This document shows, in pieces, positions 30,792 through 40,308 of a stretch of 64,000 nucleotides of DNA; position 1 is the first letter of the stretch, and every line of letters begins with the position of its first letter. The stretch is from an uncultured Eubacteriales bacterium. Lineage in GTDB: Bacteria > Bacillota > Clostridia > Christensenellales > DTU072. The stretch is from contig CASFAV010000008.1 in assembly GCA_949292905.1 (NCBI GenBank), positions 41,332-105,331 of the forward strand, in the 5' to 3' direction. Made by a program: the position numbers and the translations under genes. The notes beneath the pieces are model-generated. The model made no database searches. It was given only the letters and a program-made list of their open reading frames with translations, and was not told the origin of the DNA.

Positions 30792-31280
30792 TTATGTGTG
30801 CGCCGCCGCGCGGCGTACGTCGGAAGCGGGGGAACGCAGCTCGCTCACGAGCAACGCTATCTTGCGGGCGATGACGGCGCTCATGCGCTCTACGAGCGCG
30901 TAGGGGACGTTCATCAAAGCCCCCAGGTTGTCCGAGCTTCTCTCCGCCACCACTCCGAGTATGCCGATGTCCCCGATGGCGCCGAGATTTTTATTGAGCG
31001 CGCCGCCCGCTCTGAGCCCTTTCGAGGAGTACTTGATTTTGCCCACGTCGCGCTTGTCGCCCACACAGGCGTCCACCGCTATCACCAGACTTTCCCGATG
31101 GCGCTCCGCAAGAAAAGCCGCATATCGGGTATAATTAACTCCGTTTACGGGAGCCCGAAGTCCGCCGTAGACATACGCGTGCACTCCGTAACTCTCCTTG
31201 AGAAGATCGGCTACCATGGGACCCAGACTGTCTCCCACGACGCCGGACGAACCTATACAGATCACAACGGGTAAAGACAT
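30792..31280 (-). CDS. yyaC: Spore protease YyaC-like (DUF1256)
   Basis: VICIG....GDSLGP, VYGGL..PV, IAVDACVG, GGALNKNL..IGDIGILGVV. Confidence 0.85.
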   Translation of the reverse strand: MSLPVVICIGSSGVVGDSLGPMVADLLKESYGVHAYVYGGLRAPVNGVNYTRYAAFLAERHRESLVIAVDACVGDKRDVGKIKYSSKGLRAGGALNKNLGAIGDIGILGVVAERSSDNLGALMNVPYALVERMSAVIARKIALLVSELRSPASDVRRAAAHT

Positions 31281-31478
31281 AGCATATTTATATCCCGTAG
31301 AGGGCGGCGATATGCACGCGGGCGCGATATCCGCGCAAATAATCGTCGGTTTTTCTCCCGCGCGGCGCGCACCGAGCGCGCGAACGCACGGTTACATAAT
31401 TTTAACTTGCAATTTATATTAAGGCTATGCTATACTGCTAATATACTTATGTGAGCGTGCTTCCACGCGGAGGTTGAA

Positions 31479-32318
31479 ATGAACTGGAGTATTATCGTCG
31501 ACATCGTTATCGTCGCACTTGTGGCTATTATACTCATTCTCGGAGTCAAACGCGGCTTCGTCAGATCGGTAGTCGGTCTCGTATCGACGATCGCCGTTCT
31601 TGCGGGCGCCGTCCTTCTGACTTCTCCCGTCACGGGGCTGATCACCGCGGGTACCGACTGGGATACTCGGTTAGCCGATTCTATCGAAAGTCCCATTGCC
31701 GAGAAGCTCCCCAACGCGTATGCTACCGTTTATTATACGGACTTCGACGATAACCCCGAGATCGATCTGGAGCTCGTCTATAGGATTAACGGCGAAGAAC
31801 GTCCCTTCGACGAGATATTCGACGACAACGCCGTTATCAAGCAGCTCGGACTAGTCAAGCTCATTCGCCCCGCCGTCGAGAATATCCTTCATCAGAACGC
31901 CGAAAACGATAACGTCGCGCTCGACCATTACGACAACACGATCGCCTTCGTCGACGGCGTTACCGTGCCCATCGCCACGGCGATAATTATGGTGGCGGTC
32001 TTTTTCGCGTTGCTCATCGTATTGTGGATATTGCTCTGGATCATTCTCAAGATATTCAAGAAGATCGTAAGCAGGATATATATCGCGCATTTCGTCGACA
32101 AGATGCTCGGCGGCATTTTCGGTCTCGCGATGGGCGTGCTCGTCGTTCTCATCATCCTTACCGTCATTCAGGTACTTTCGCCGCTTTCCGTCATGGAGCC
32201 CGTCAACAACTTCCTCGAGGATACCGTCGTTACCAAATTCGTTATGGATAACAACTTCCTGTATCAATTCATTGCGGAAAGCATAAACCTCGAAAGTTTG
32301 ATGTCCAAGATAAATTAA
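31479..32318 (+). CDS. CvpA family membrane protein
   Basis: IVDIVI...GVKRGFVRS N-terminus and VDKMLGGIFG motif; GGAGG RBS; TTGCAA/TATACT promoter-like pair at 31407-31436. Confidence 0.8.
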   Translation: MNWSIIVDIVIVALVAIILILGVKRGFVRSVVGLVSTIAVLAGAVLLTSPVTGLITAGTDWDTRLADSIESPIAEKLPNAYATVYYTDFDDNPEIDLELVYRINGEERPFDEIFDDNAVIKQLGLVKLIRPAVENILHQNAENDNVALDHYDNTIAFVDGVTVPIATAIIMVAVFFALLIVLWILLWIILKIFKKIVSRIYIAHFVDKMLGGIFGLAMGVLVVLIILTVIQVLSPLSVMEPVNNFLEDTVVTKFVMDNNFLYQFIAESINLESLMSKIN

Positions 32319-32330
32319 CGGAGGACTTTT

Positions 32331-34502
32331 ATGGGTAAAAGCATCGTCAAAGTATTCGTGGGCATAATCATCGGTATCGTCATAGCCGTGCTTGCCGCGG
32401 GCGGCGGGTTGTATTATCTGCTCACCAAGGAAGGCACGATGGGCAAGATCGAAGAATCCGGTGTGGGACAAAGCCTTTCGCTCGAATTCAGCGACGAGCA
32501 GAAGGAGATGAGCGTCCTCGCTTATGCGCAAGCGGTCATCGAAGCGGTGGCGGATCTTTCCGGCAAGCCGATAGGCGACATCGAGGATCTCGTCGGCACC
32601 CGCAAGCTCAGCGAGACCATTTCCGACGCCGTGGGCATCACGCCCGAGACTGTGCGCACGAGCTCGATAGGAGATCTCGGCAAGACCATTTCCGCCAATC
32701 TCACCGTGGACGGCATGAGCGACAAGTTCTCCATAGCGCTTCCGGACGACATACCTCTTTTCACGAGCGAAGATTTCCTCGGGCAACCGGTGAGCGAAGC
32801 GTTCGGGGATCTGAGCGCATACACGATGGATAATTTCATAACGGTGGTCTACGACGAGGACGCCACGGCGGAGAATCCCGCTTCGAGCAAACTTATCCAG
32901 AAGATCGGGCAAAAGACGCTCAACGAAGTGTCTTCCGACATGGACGCCATAATTCAGGACACGACGATAGGCGAAGTGATAGAAGTGGACGAAGCCACCG
33001 CTTCCCCCGTGATGAAGTATCTCAAGGACTGGAAGATAGGCGAACTCGACAAAGCGGAAGCGCTGGACGATAACGGCGATCCGATACCCGGAACGGGCGG
33101 CGCGCTTCAGAACATGAAGATTTCCGACGCGGTGGAGATAACCGACGCGTCGGCTCCGGTGCTCAGGTATTTCCGCGACAACGAAACGAAGCTCGACGAG
33201 ATAGACGCCGCGCTCAAAACGATGACGATAGGCGACTCTGTGGAGATATACGAGGAGGACGTATACGCCGAGGACGGCGTAACCGTGCTCCACGAGAAGA
33301 GCTCGAACGTACTTATTTACTTAAAGGACAAAAAGCTTGACGAACTCGATACCGCGATCAGGGCGATGAAGATATCGGACGCCGTCGAGATATACGAGGA
33401 AGACGTGTACGACGAGGACGGCACGACGGTGCTGCATCCGAAATCGCACGCCGTGATGATAGCGATCAAAGATCTTACGCTCGACGAGCTGGGCGACAAG
33501 GCCGCGCTTCAGGAGAAAATCAACACCGTCAAACTCGGCGAAGTGATAACGGTGACGGACGACTCCGAACCCGTGCTCAAGGCGCTCAAGGACACCGAGC
33601 TCGGCAATCTCAACGAAAAAGTCGCCACGCTCACGCTGGGCGAAGTGATAACGGTGACGGACGATTCGGAGCCCATACTCAAGGCGCTTAAAGACACCGG
33701 GCTCAACGAGATAAACGCGAGGATCGCGGAGCTTACCGTACGTGAAATTTTCAGGGACTACGACACCGGTATTTTATCGTTGGTCGATCCCGACACCAAA
33801 ATAAACGCCATAGAAAGCGCGTTGCGCATTTCTGTGACGGACGCGACGATATACGCGTTGATGCAGACGGGACTTTTCGAATACACGATAAACGGCGGCG
33901 ACAACACGAGAGAGGGTTACGTCAAGAAGACCAATATCCATAACGCCGACATCAAAGCGGTGGTCACCGCCTTCGGATACGGTGATTTCAGCACGGTGGC
34001 TAATCCCGTAATCTATCTGTATCAAAGCAACGTAAGCAATAACGACTATTACAACGCGGCGCTTACAGCAGGCGCGAGAGTGGTGGATATAAGCGATCTC
34101 GGCGCGGTCGTAGAGAACGATTATTATCTTCTCACTCCCGAAGTCGTGACCGGGATACTTACCGCAGACGGCGGCTCCGTCGAATACGGCGCTTCGATAT
34201 GGGTTGACGACGGCTTGAAGCTGAAGCTTTCGGACGGAAGCGCGAATTACGACAATCTGTTCAGCCTCGTCTACGACGAAGGCGCGAGCGGCGAAATAGC
34301 GTTTGCGGATACCGCGTCGTTCGTGAACGACAGGGGCGGATACGCATATTTCTTCTGCCCGACGATAACGGTGAACGGCGTGGCGTACGACGGCACGAAC
34401 GGACCCGAAATAACGTTCAAGACGGTGAAAAAGGATTCCGCCACGGTCAACGCCAATGCTCTCATAGAGTTGGCGAAAGCATACGAGCAGCCGGCGCCGT
34501 AA
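32331..34502 (+). CDS. Hypothetical membrane-anchored acidic repeat protein
   Basis: N-terminal TM; internal repeats of 34 and 48 aa; GGAGG RBS. Confidence 0.85.
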   Translation: MGKSIVKVFVGIIIGIVIAVLAAGGGLYYLLTKEGTMGKIEESGVGQSLSLEFSDEQKEMSVLAYAQAVIEAVADLSGKPIGDIEDLVGTRKLSETISDAVGITPETVRTSSIGDLGKTISANLTVDGMSDKFSIALPDDIPLFTSEDFLGQPVSEAFGDLSAYTMDNFITVVYDEDATAENPASSKLIQKIGQKTLNEVSSDMDAIIQDTTIGEVIEVDEATASPVMKYLKDWKIGELDKAEALDDNGDPIPGTGGALQNMKISDAVEITDASAPVLRYFRDNETKLDEIDAALKTMTIGDSVEIYEEDVYAEDGVTVLHEKSSNVLIYLKDKKLDELDTAIRAMKISDAVEIYEEDVYDEDGTTVLHPKSHAVMIAIKDLTLDELGDKAALQEKINTVKLGEVITVTDDSEPVLKALKDTELGNLNEKVATLTLGEVITVTDDSEPILKALKDTGLNEINARIAELTVREIFRDYDTGILSLVDPDTKINAIESALRISVTDATIYALMQTGLFEYTINGGDNTREGYVKKTNIHNADIKAVVTAFGYGDFSTVANPVIYLYQSNVSNNDYYNAALTAGARVVDISDLGAVVENDYYLLTPEVVTGILTADGGSVEYGASIWVDDGLKLKLSDGSANYDNLFSLVYDEGASGEIAFADTASFVNDRGGYAYFFCPTITVNGVAYDGTNGPEITFKTVKKDSATVNANALIELAKAYEQPAP
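33243..33720 (+). repeat. Intragenic tandem repeats (144-bp pair and 102-bp pair)
   Basis: GAGATATACGAGGA(G/A)GACGT at 33243 and 33387; GGCGAAGTGATAACGGTGACGGACGA at 33537 and 33639. Confidence 0.85.
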
Positions 34503-34543
34503 ACATACCCGAACGGATATAGAAGGAGAAAAAATTTCCCGTT

Positions 34544-35521
34544 ATGAAAATTACCGTAAAAGGTGACAACGTAAACCTTCGCGAATATTTGGAGCGCGAA
34601 GGTTTTCGCTTCCCCTGCGGGGGGAAGGGTAGTTGCGGCAGGTGCCGGATATCGGCTCCGTCGCTTCCCGTAACGGACAGGGACAGAAAGTTTCTGACTC
34701 CCGACGAGATAGCGCGCGGCGTGCGCCTCGCGTGCGACAAGGTCGTTAACGGCGTAGCGGAAATCGAAGCAGATATCGGTAAAGGCGAAGCCGAAGTCAA
34801 AGCCGAGCGTTACGAGCGCGCAGACGCATACGCGGTATTTTGCGACAACGCGACGTATATAGGGCTTCAGGACGGAGGAGAGGTATTAGACGGATCGGTG
34901 CTTCCGCCCGTCGAAGCGAGGTACGCTTATCTGCGCGGCGCGGCGCAGAAGGAAACGATAGAGCTATTCGAGAAGCACTCGCTTGCGAAGGCGGACGTAT
35001 TCCTGCTTGCGGCTTCGCCCGCGCGGTTCACGGAGCTTACGGGGATAGCGGAGCGGTTTGACGAGGGACAGACGCTCGGCGCGGAGCTCATGTCGATGCC
35101 CGCCGAGGACGTATATCTTCCTCCCGCGCCGAAAACGCTTATAGGAAGCGACATAGTGCTCGAATTCGCGTTGCGCAAGGCGGGTGAATTCGTCGTAAGC
35201 GGCAGGTATTTTGCATATCTCGACGAAGCGAGCCTGCACGTCGCGTACGTCGCGAGCGAGGACGCGGCGATAAGGACGGCGACGACGGTGTGTTTCATTA
35301 ACAAATTCGCGCCTGCGCGCGCGAGTTATATCGGTATAGACGAAGCGGCGGCGGCTTGCGGACTTACGGCGGAGGAGTCGCGGATACCTACGAGCGCCGC
35401 GAAAGCGCTCGATTCCAACCGCTTCAAGGCGAAACTCGACAGAATTGCGAAGAAAGCGGAAGAAGTGCGTCTTGCCGACGACGATATGTGGCAGCGGATA
35501 TTGTCCGAAATAACGGCGTGA
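34544..35521 (+). CDS. 2Fe-2S ferredoxin-domain protein, shortened RACo/ASKHA-like
   Basis: PCGGKGSCGRC...G.RLAC 2Fe-2S motif and YLPP....IGSDI as in corrinoid reductive activators; only 325 aa. Confidence 0.75.
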   Translation: MKITVKGDNVNLREYLEREGFRFPCGGKGSCGRCRISAPSLPVTDRDRKFLTPDEIARGVRLACDKVVNGVAEIEADIGKGEAEVKAERYERADAYAVFCDNATYIGLQDGGEVLDGSVLPPVEARYAYLRGAAQKETIELFEKHSLAKADVFLLAASPARFTELTGIAERFDEGQTLGAELMSMPAEDVYLPPAPKTLIGSDIVLEFALRKAGEFVVSGRYFAYLDEASLHVAYVASEDAAIRTATTVCFINKFAPARASYIGIDEAAAACGLTAEESRIPTSAAKALDSNRFKAKLDRIAKKAEEVRLADDDMWQRILSEITA

Positions 35522-35557
35522 GCCGCGACGGGAACGCTTGCCGGGATCCGATAACGG

Positions 35558-35585
35558 AAAGGACGCCTCACAGCGTCCTTTTTTA
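35558..35585. terminator. Terminator between convergent genes
   Basis: AAAGGACGC-CTCACA-GCGTCCTTTTTTT. Confidence 0.75.
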
Positions 35586-35611
35586 TGCGCGCGGAGCGCG
35601 TGAGAGCGTCC

Positions 35612-36001
35612 TCAGCGCAAGTTCCCGAGAAGCGCCGAAAATCTCGTTTCGAGCGCGACGAGCCTGTCGTATTCTCCGTCGTTCGAGTCCGCCCTGAGCG
35701 TGTCGAGCGCGATGAAAAGTTCTATTTCGAGATCTATGAGCCTGTTGAAGCCGCCCTGCGGTTGCAAACTGCGGTAGGAGGGTATCCTCCGCGTTCCCGC
35801 AAGCGCGGAGAGCGCGGCGAAAGAGGCGTTTTTCAGGCTTCTTAGATAGGACAGGAGCCGTTTACGCACGGGATTAAGCGTCTCGAGTATGGCAAGCTGC
35901 TCTTCCGCCATGGTAGCCGCTTCTGCCGCCGCGGGGTCTTTAACGCCCCTCAGCTTCTCGTTATACGCCCTCGCGAGATCTTCCATATAGTTTTCGTCCA
36001 T
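35612..36001 (-). CDS. Hypothetical protein, possibly sporulation-expressed
   Basis: ORF MDENYMEDL... after a GGGGG RBS-like run; upstream minus-strand GCAC-N17-CATATAAT (36018-36046) resembles a sigma-K promoter. Confidence 0.6.
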   Translation of the reverse strand: MDENYMEDLARAYNEKLRGVKDPAAAEAATMAEEQLAILETLNPVRKRLLSYLRSLKNASFAALSALAGTRRIPSYRSLQPQGGFNRLIDLEIELFIALDTLRADSNDGEYDRLVALETRFSALLGNLR

Positions 36002-36049
36002 GACAAACCCCCGCGTCATTATATGCGGGGGCTGTCAGAAACGTGCGCT

Positions 36050-38359
36050 TTATCTTTCGGCTTTTTCGGAGAGGGTGCGCGGCTTGTAGAGAAGCAGGAG
36101 CGCGCCCGAGATACATACTATCACGCTCGAAGCGTTGTGTACGAGCGCGCCCGACACCGCGTTCAATACGCCGAAAGCGGAGAGGAATACCGACGCCACG
36201 CTTATCGTGAGCGAAACGGTAAGGTTTACGTATATCGTTTTCAGCGTGCGGCGCGCGAGCCTGAGGAGATAGGGAAGCTTCCTCACGTCGTCCGACATCA
36301 GCGCGACGTCGGCGGTCTCTATTGCGACGGAAGAGCCCATGGCACCCATCGTGACGCTTGCGTCCGCCACGGCGAGAGAGGGAGCGTCGTTCACGCCGTC
36401 GCCCGCCATGAGCACCTTTTTGCCGTCCGCTTTGAGAGCCTCCACGACGCCCACCTTTTCTTCCGGCAGCAAGCCCGCGCGAACGGAGCTTATGCCCGTG
36501 AGCGCCGCTATTTTCTCCGCGTGACGCTCGTTGTCGCCCGTCAGCATCAGCGTGGATATGCCCATCGATTCGAGCTCGGATATCATCGTTGCGGCACCCG
36601 TTCTCACGGTATCGGTCACCGCAATAGCGCCTTTATATTCTCCGTTCACGGTCACCCCCACGACGGTGGCGCTCAGAGAGGAGAGGAGATCGTAGCTTTT
36701 TACGGGGACGCGATCTTTGAGTTCGTCGAGTTTCGTAACGGTTATTTCCTTCCCTTCGACCACGGCGGAGATACCCGAACCTACGCGCGCCACGACGTTG
36801 TCGGAGGCGAGCTTCCGTCCCTTATTCGCTTTCGTGATCGCTCTCGCTATCGGGTGCTCGCTTTTTTCTTCCGCCGCGGCTGCGAATTCCAGAAGTTCGG
36901 CTTCGCTTATTCCTTCGGGATATACCGCTTCGACGGCAAGCTTGCCTTCGGTGAGCGTGCCCGTTTTGTCGGTGGCGAAGACATTGACTTTAGCCAAAGC
37001 TTCCATAGCCGTGCCGCTCTTTATCAGTATGCCTTTGCGGCTCGCGTTGCCTATGCCTGCGGCTACCGCTATCGGCGTCGCGAGCGTAAGCGCGCACGGA
37101 CACACAACGACGAGTATGGTGATGGCGCGCGAGACGGCTTCGACCACGCCCGCTTTCGCCGCGAACAGCGTTAGGAAAAAGACTATCACGCTCAGCGTGC
37201 AGGTGACGGGCACGAAATAGCTCGCCCATTTATCGGCAAGGCGCACGATGGGCGCTTTGTTCTTTTCCGCCTTCCTGACGTAATCGATGAGCTTCGAGAG
37301 GGTGGTTTCGTTGCTCTTGTGCGTGACCTCTATCTCGAGCGCGCTCTCGAGATTGCGCGTTCCCGCATATACCGCGAAGCCTTCGGAGGCTTCCGCGGGT
37401 ACGAATTCGCCCGTTATGCTCGAGGTGTCCACGCTCCCCGAGCCTTTTACGACCACGCCGTCCACGGCGATAATTTCTCCGGGGCGCACGAGCACGCGCT
37501 CGCCGACTTCTATATCGCTTACATCTTTTTCTCTGATGCCTTCGTCGGTCACGACGTCGGCGCGCGTAGGACGCATGGCGATGAGATCGGCTATCGCGGA
37601 GCGCGATTTACCGGAAGTCACCGTTTCCACGAGCTCGCCTATCGCCATAATGAACGCTATTTCGCCCGCCGCGAAGAAGTAGGAGTCGGTGTGACCCGTC
37701 TCTCCGATGACGCCCGCCGCGGTGAGCACGCCCATGATAAGACTCGCCGTCATCGCAATGCTTATCAGCAAAGCGGAAGTTATCTTGCGCTTTCTGAGGT
37801 TTTTGAAGGCGCCGCGGAAAATAGGAAGTCCGCAGACTATCACCGCCACCCACGCGGGATCGGCTATCGCGGTGAGCGGCAGGGGAGCGTACACGTCGAA
37901 ATGCGCCATAAGATACGAAGCGACGAGGAAGGGGAGCGAAACGAGGATAAGTATTATCTGTTCCCGCAACTCCTTCTTGTAATCTATCTCGGCGGAACGG
38001 TTATGGTCTATGCCGCAACCGCAGCTTTCGCCTTCTTCGTGTTTATGACGGTGCTCGTGTCTGCCGCATCCGCACCCGTCGCCGTGCTTGTGTCCGTGTC
38101 CGCAACAGGCTTCGTCGTGCCCGTCGCCGTGTGCGTGTGCTTGACCGCAACAGGCTTCGTCGTGCCCGTCGTCGTGCTTGTGCCCGTGTCCGCAACAGGC
38201 TTCGCCGTGTTCGTCGTCGTGCTTGTGCTTACAGTGCGTAGTCCCTTCAATGCGTTCCGCACTTTTACTACACTCGCGGGAAGAGTTGTCGCGGTCGCCG
38301 CAAAGGTTGCCGCTTCCGAGCTTATCGCGCTCAATGTCCGAGTAGTCTTTCTTTTTCAT
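36050..38359 (-). CDS. Heavy-metal-translocating P1B-type ATPase with His/Cys-rich N-terminus
   Basis: TGE, VVCPCAL, DKTGTLT, SEHP, MLTGD, GDGVNDAP; GGAGG RBS. Confidence 0.96.
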   Translation of the reverse strand: MKKKDYSDIERDKLGSGNLCGDRDNSSRECSKSAERIEGTTHCKHKHDDEHGEACCGHGHKHDDGHDEACCGQAHAHGDGHDEACCGHGHKHGDGCGCGRHEHRHKHEEGESCGCGIDHNRSAEIDYKKELREQIILILVSLPFLVASYLMAHFDVYAPLPLTAIADPAWVAVIVCGLPIFRGAFKNLRKRKITSALLISIAMTASLIMGVLTAAGVIGETGHTDSYFFAAGEIAFIMAIGELVETVTSGKSRSAIADLIAMRPTRADVVTDEGIREKDVSDIEVGERVLVRPGEIIAVDGVVVKGSGSVDTSSITGEFVPAEASEGFAVYAGTRNLESALEIEVTHKSNETTLSKLIDYVRKAEKNKAPIVRLADKWASYFVPVTCTLSVIVFFLTLFAAKAGVVEAVSRAITILVVVCPCALTLATPIAVAAGIGNASRKGILIKSGTAMEALAKVNVFATDKTGTLTEGKLAVEAVYPEGISEAELLEFAAAAEEKSEHPIARAITKANKGRKLASDNVVARVGSGISAVVEGKEITVTKLDELKDRVPVKSYDLLSSLSATVVGVTVNGEYKGAIAVTDTVRTGAATMISELESMGISTLMLTGDNERHAEKIAALTGISSVRAGLLPEEKVGVVEALKADGKKVLMAGDGVNDAPSLAVADASVTMGAMGSSVAIETADVALMSDDVRKLPYLLRLARRTLKTIYVNLTVSLTISVASVFLSAFGVLNAVSGALVHNASSVIVCISGALLLLYKPRTLSEKAER
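38075..38230 (-). repeat. 45-bp tandem repeat encoding EACCGxxHxHxDGxx x3
   Basis: CCGCAACAGGCTTCG at 38100, 38145 and 38190. Confidence 0.9.
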
Positions 38360-38433
38360 ATATCCTCCGACAAGAAGAAATGCAATATATTTCTTCTGAT
38401 TTTCTTATTCGTTTTTCATGTCGTCCGCGCCGG

Positions 38434-39225
38434 GCGTTTCCCTGCGCTTTACAGCCTTCCCGTATTTTCCGTTCATCGCCGATACCGCACCGAAGCGGGG
38501 AGGGAGAAACAACGGGTACCGATACCGTACCGAGGTAGGGTATCGAGAGAAAAGGAAACGGGGCAAGCTCGATCGCCTGCGGCAGGGGGCTACCGAGCGT
38601 ACCGTCGCGCCGTGGTGCGGGCGTTTATAATCGTATGTTACACGCCGTGCCGTCATATCTCCCCGTGTAACGGGATACAGCGCGGAAAGCATTTCCAACC
38701 CTCTCGCCCGTTGCGTGTGAGTCCTTTCCCGTGTCCCGTACGTTGCCGCATAGCGGGGCGGTTTGCGCGGTGAACTTTATCCGCTCCGTACTTGCGTTCC
38801 GCCTTTAACGGGGGAAGCTCCTTACTTCCGCTATATGACGCGCCGCGTAATTTCCGTGTTTAACGGGATACAGCGCGGAAAGCATTTCCCGCCGCTTTTG
38901 CCCGTAGGGGCGTTTCTTTCGCTATCCCGCGCGTTACGGCATAGCAGGGCGGTTTGCATTGCGAAAACTTTATCCCGTGACCCGCCGTTTTGCCTTGAAC
39001 GCCTGTGCGTTCGCGTTGCGCGTTTCCCTGTGCTTCGCCTCTTGCCGTAGCTCCGTCTATTGTCGATACCGTACCGAGGTAGGGTATCAAAAAACAGGTA
39101 CGGGGATAACATTGATCGCCTGCGGCAGGGGGCTACCGAGCGTACCGTCGCGTCGCCGGACGTTCCGCATACCATCGTCGAACGAAGCTTACATATCCGG
39201 CGATACTGTACCGAGGCAGGGTATA
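38434..39225. repeat. Intergenic mosaic of structured direct repeats (modules D, A, B, C)
   Basis: A=GATACCGTACCGAGGTAGGGTATC (38521, 39065; variants 38481, 39202). B=39 bp identical (38571, 39114). C core=29 bp identical (38668, 38861). D=GCGTTTCCCTGYGCTT (38434, 39020). Confidence 0.9.
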
Positions 39226-39477
39226 TGTGCTTGCGGAGCAAGACGTATCGAAGGAGCCGGAGGCAGGGAAGTATAACGTAAGATCGTAACGGCGAATGCC
39301 GAATAAACGGAATTTCGGCTACCGTATATGAGCAATCGAGAGCCCGTTATGTATATTAGTATGCGCCATTTGTTTTCGTCCGCAGTCGGGACCGGCGCGA
39401 TTTCGTATTCAAGGTGCGTAGCGAAGGGGGATTACAAAAGTGTTTCCGCTTCGCGAAAGTCGGCTGTACCGCTTTTT

Positions 39478-39759
39478 TCAGTTGATGAATTTCTCTATTA
39501 TCGAGCTGAACGCTTCCATCACGTCCGATTCGCCGCGTTCGATACTGTCTTTCACGCAGTGAGTTAGGTGGTCCTTGATGACGATGTTCCCCACCGTCTT
39601 GAGCGCGCCCTTCGCGGCGAGCAGCTGCGTGAGCACCGCGTCGCAGTCCGCGCCGTCTTCCACCATTTTGACGATACCTTTTATCTGACCTTCTATCCTT
39701 TTCAGGCGCTTGATAACGTCTTCGTTGTATTCGTGCTTGTTCACGCAGGCTTCGTTCAT
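39478..39759 (-). CDS. csoR: CsoR/RcnR family metal-sensing repressor
   Basis: RLKRIEGQIKGIVKMVE...C.AVLTQL, HLTHCV (Cys/His/Cys ligands). Confidence 0.93.
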   Translation of the reverse strand: MNEACVNKHEYNEDVIKRLKRIEGQIKGIVKMVEDGADCDAVLTQLLAAKGALKTVGNIVIKDHLTHCVKDSIERGESDVMEAFSSIIEKFIN

Positions 39760-39802
39760 TTCCGAATTCTCCTTTCCCGAAGGGGCTTGCCGCCGCTTTC
39801 GT

Positions 39803-39819
39803 ATACCCCCAGGGGGTAT
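39803..39819. promoter_or_regulatory. CsoR-type operator
   Basis: Palindrome ATACCCCC-A-GGGGGTAT just upstream of csoR; matches known C/G-tract CsoR operators. Confidence 0.85.
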
Positions 39820-39957
39820 CTACAAGGATTATACCACCATATATTGCGGCATGCAAGCGATTCTTTGAAAAAATTTAGAAAAATCGGGAAATTCGCTTTA
39901 CATTTCTATTTTTTATATATATAATAATCAAGCATTTCGTCGGAGCCCGCTCCGGCG

Positions 39958-39997
39958 TATCCTTGCTCCCGCGGGAGCCATAAGTCCAGAAGGAGGT
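39958..39997 (+). promoter_or_regulatory. S6:S18 ribosomal leader (autogenous control RNA)
   Basis: TCCTT-GCTCCC-GC-GGGAGC-CATAAGTCCAG-AAGGAGGT: stem sequestering the rpsF SD, with an inner hairpin and CC-containing loop. Confidence 0.65.
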
Positions 39998-40005
39998 ATA
40001 AGACA

Positions 40006-40290
40006 ATGACTAAATACCAGTTGCTTTTCATCATCGAGAACGGTATTGACGACGAGGCGAAAGAAGCTGTCGTGACCAAGTTCACCGACCTAATCGCAAG
40101 TCTCGGCGGAACGGTAACCACGGTCGACAAATGGGGTACTCGCAAGTATGCGTATCCTATCAACTACAAGACCGAAGGCTACTACGTGAGAATGCTTTTC
40201 GAAGCAGATCCCACCGTGCCGCAGGAAGTCGACAGACAGATGAGAATTAACGAGAATATTGTCCGTCAGCTCATCACCAAGCAAGCGTAA
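40006..40290 (+). CDS. rpsF: 30S ribosomal protein S6
   Basis: KYQLLFII, DKWGTRKYAYPINYKTEGYY, RQMRINENIVR. Confidence 0.98.
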   Translation: MTKYQLLFIIENGIDDEAKEAVVTKFTDLIASLGGTVTTVDKWGTRKYAYPINYKTEGYYVRMLFEADPTVPQEVDRQMRINENIVRQLITKQA

Positions 40291-40308
40291 CGGCGAGGGG
40301 GAAGGACG

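Noticed and set aside
38405-39567. Paired similar small ORFs in the csoR-ATPase gap
   Set aside because: Their shared peptides come from the DNA repeats, appear in several frames and strands, and lack consistent starts.
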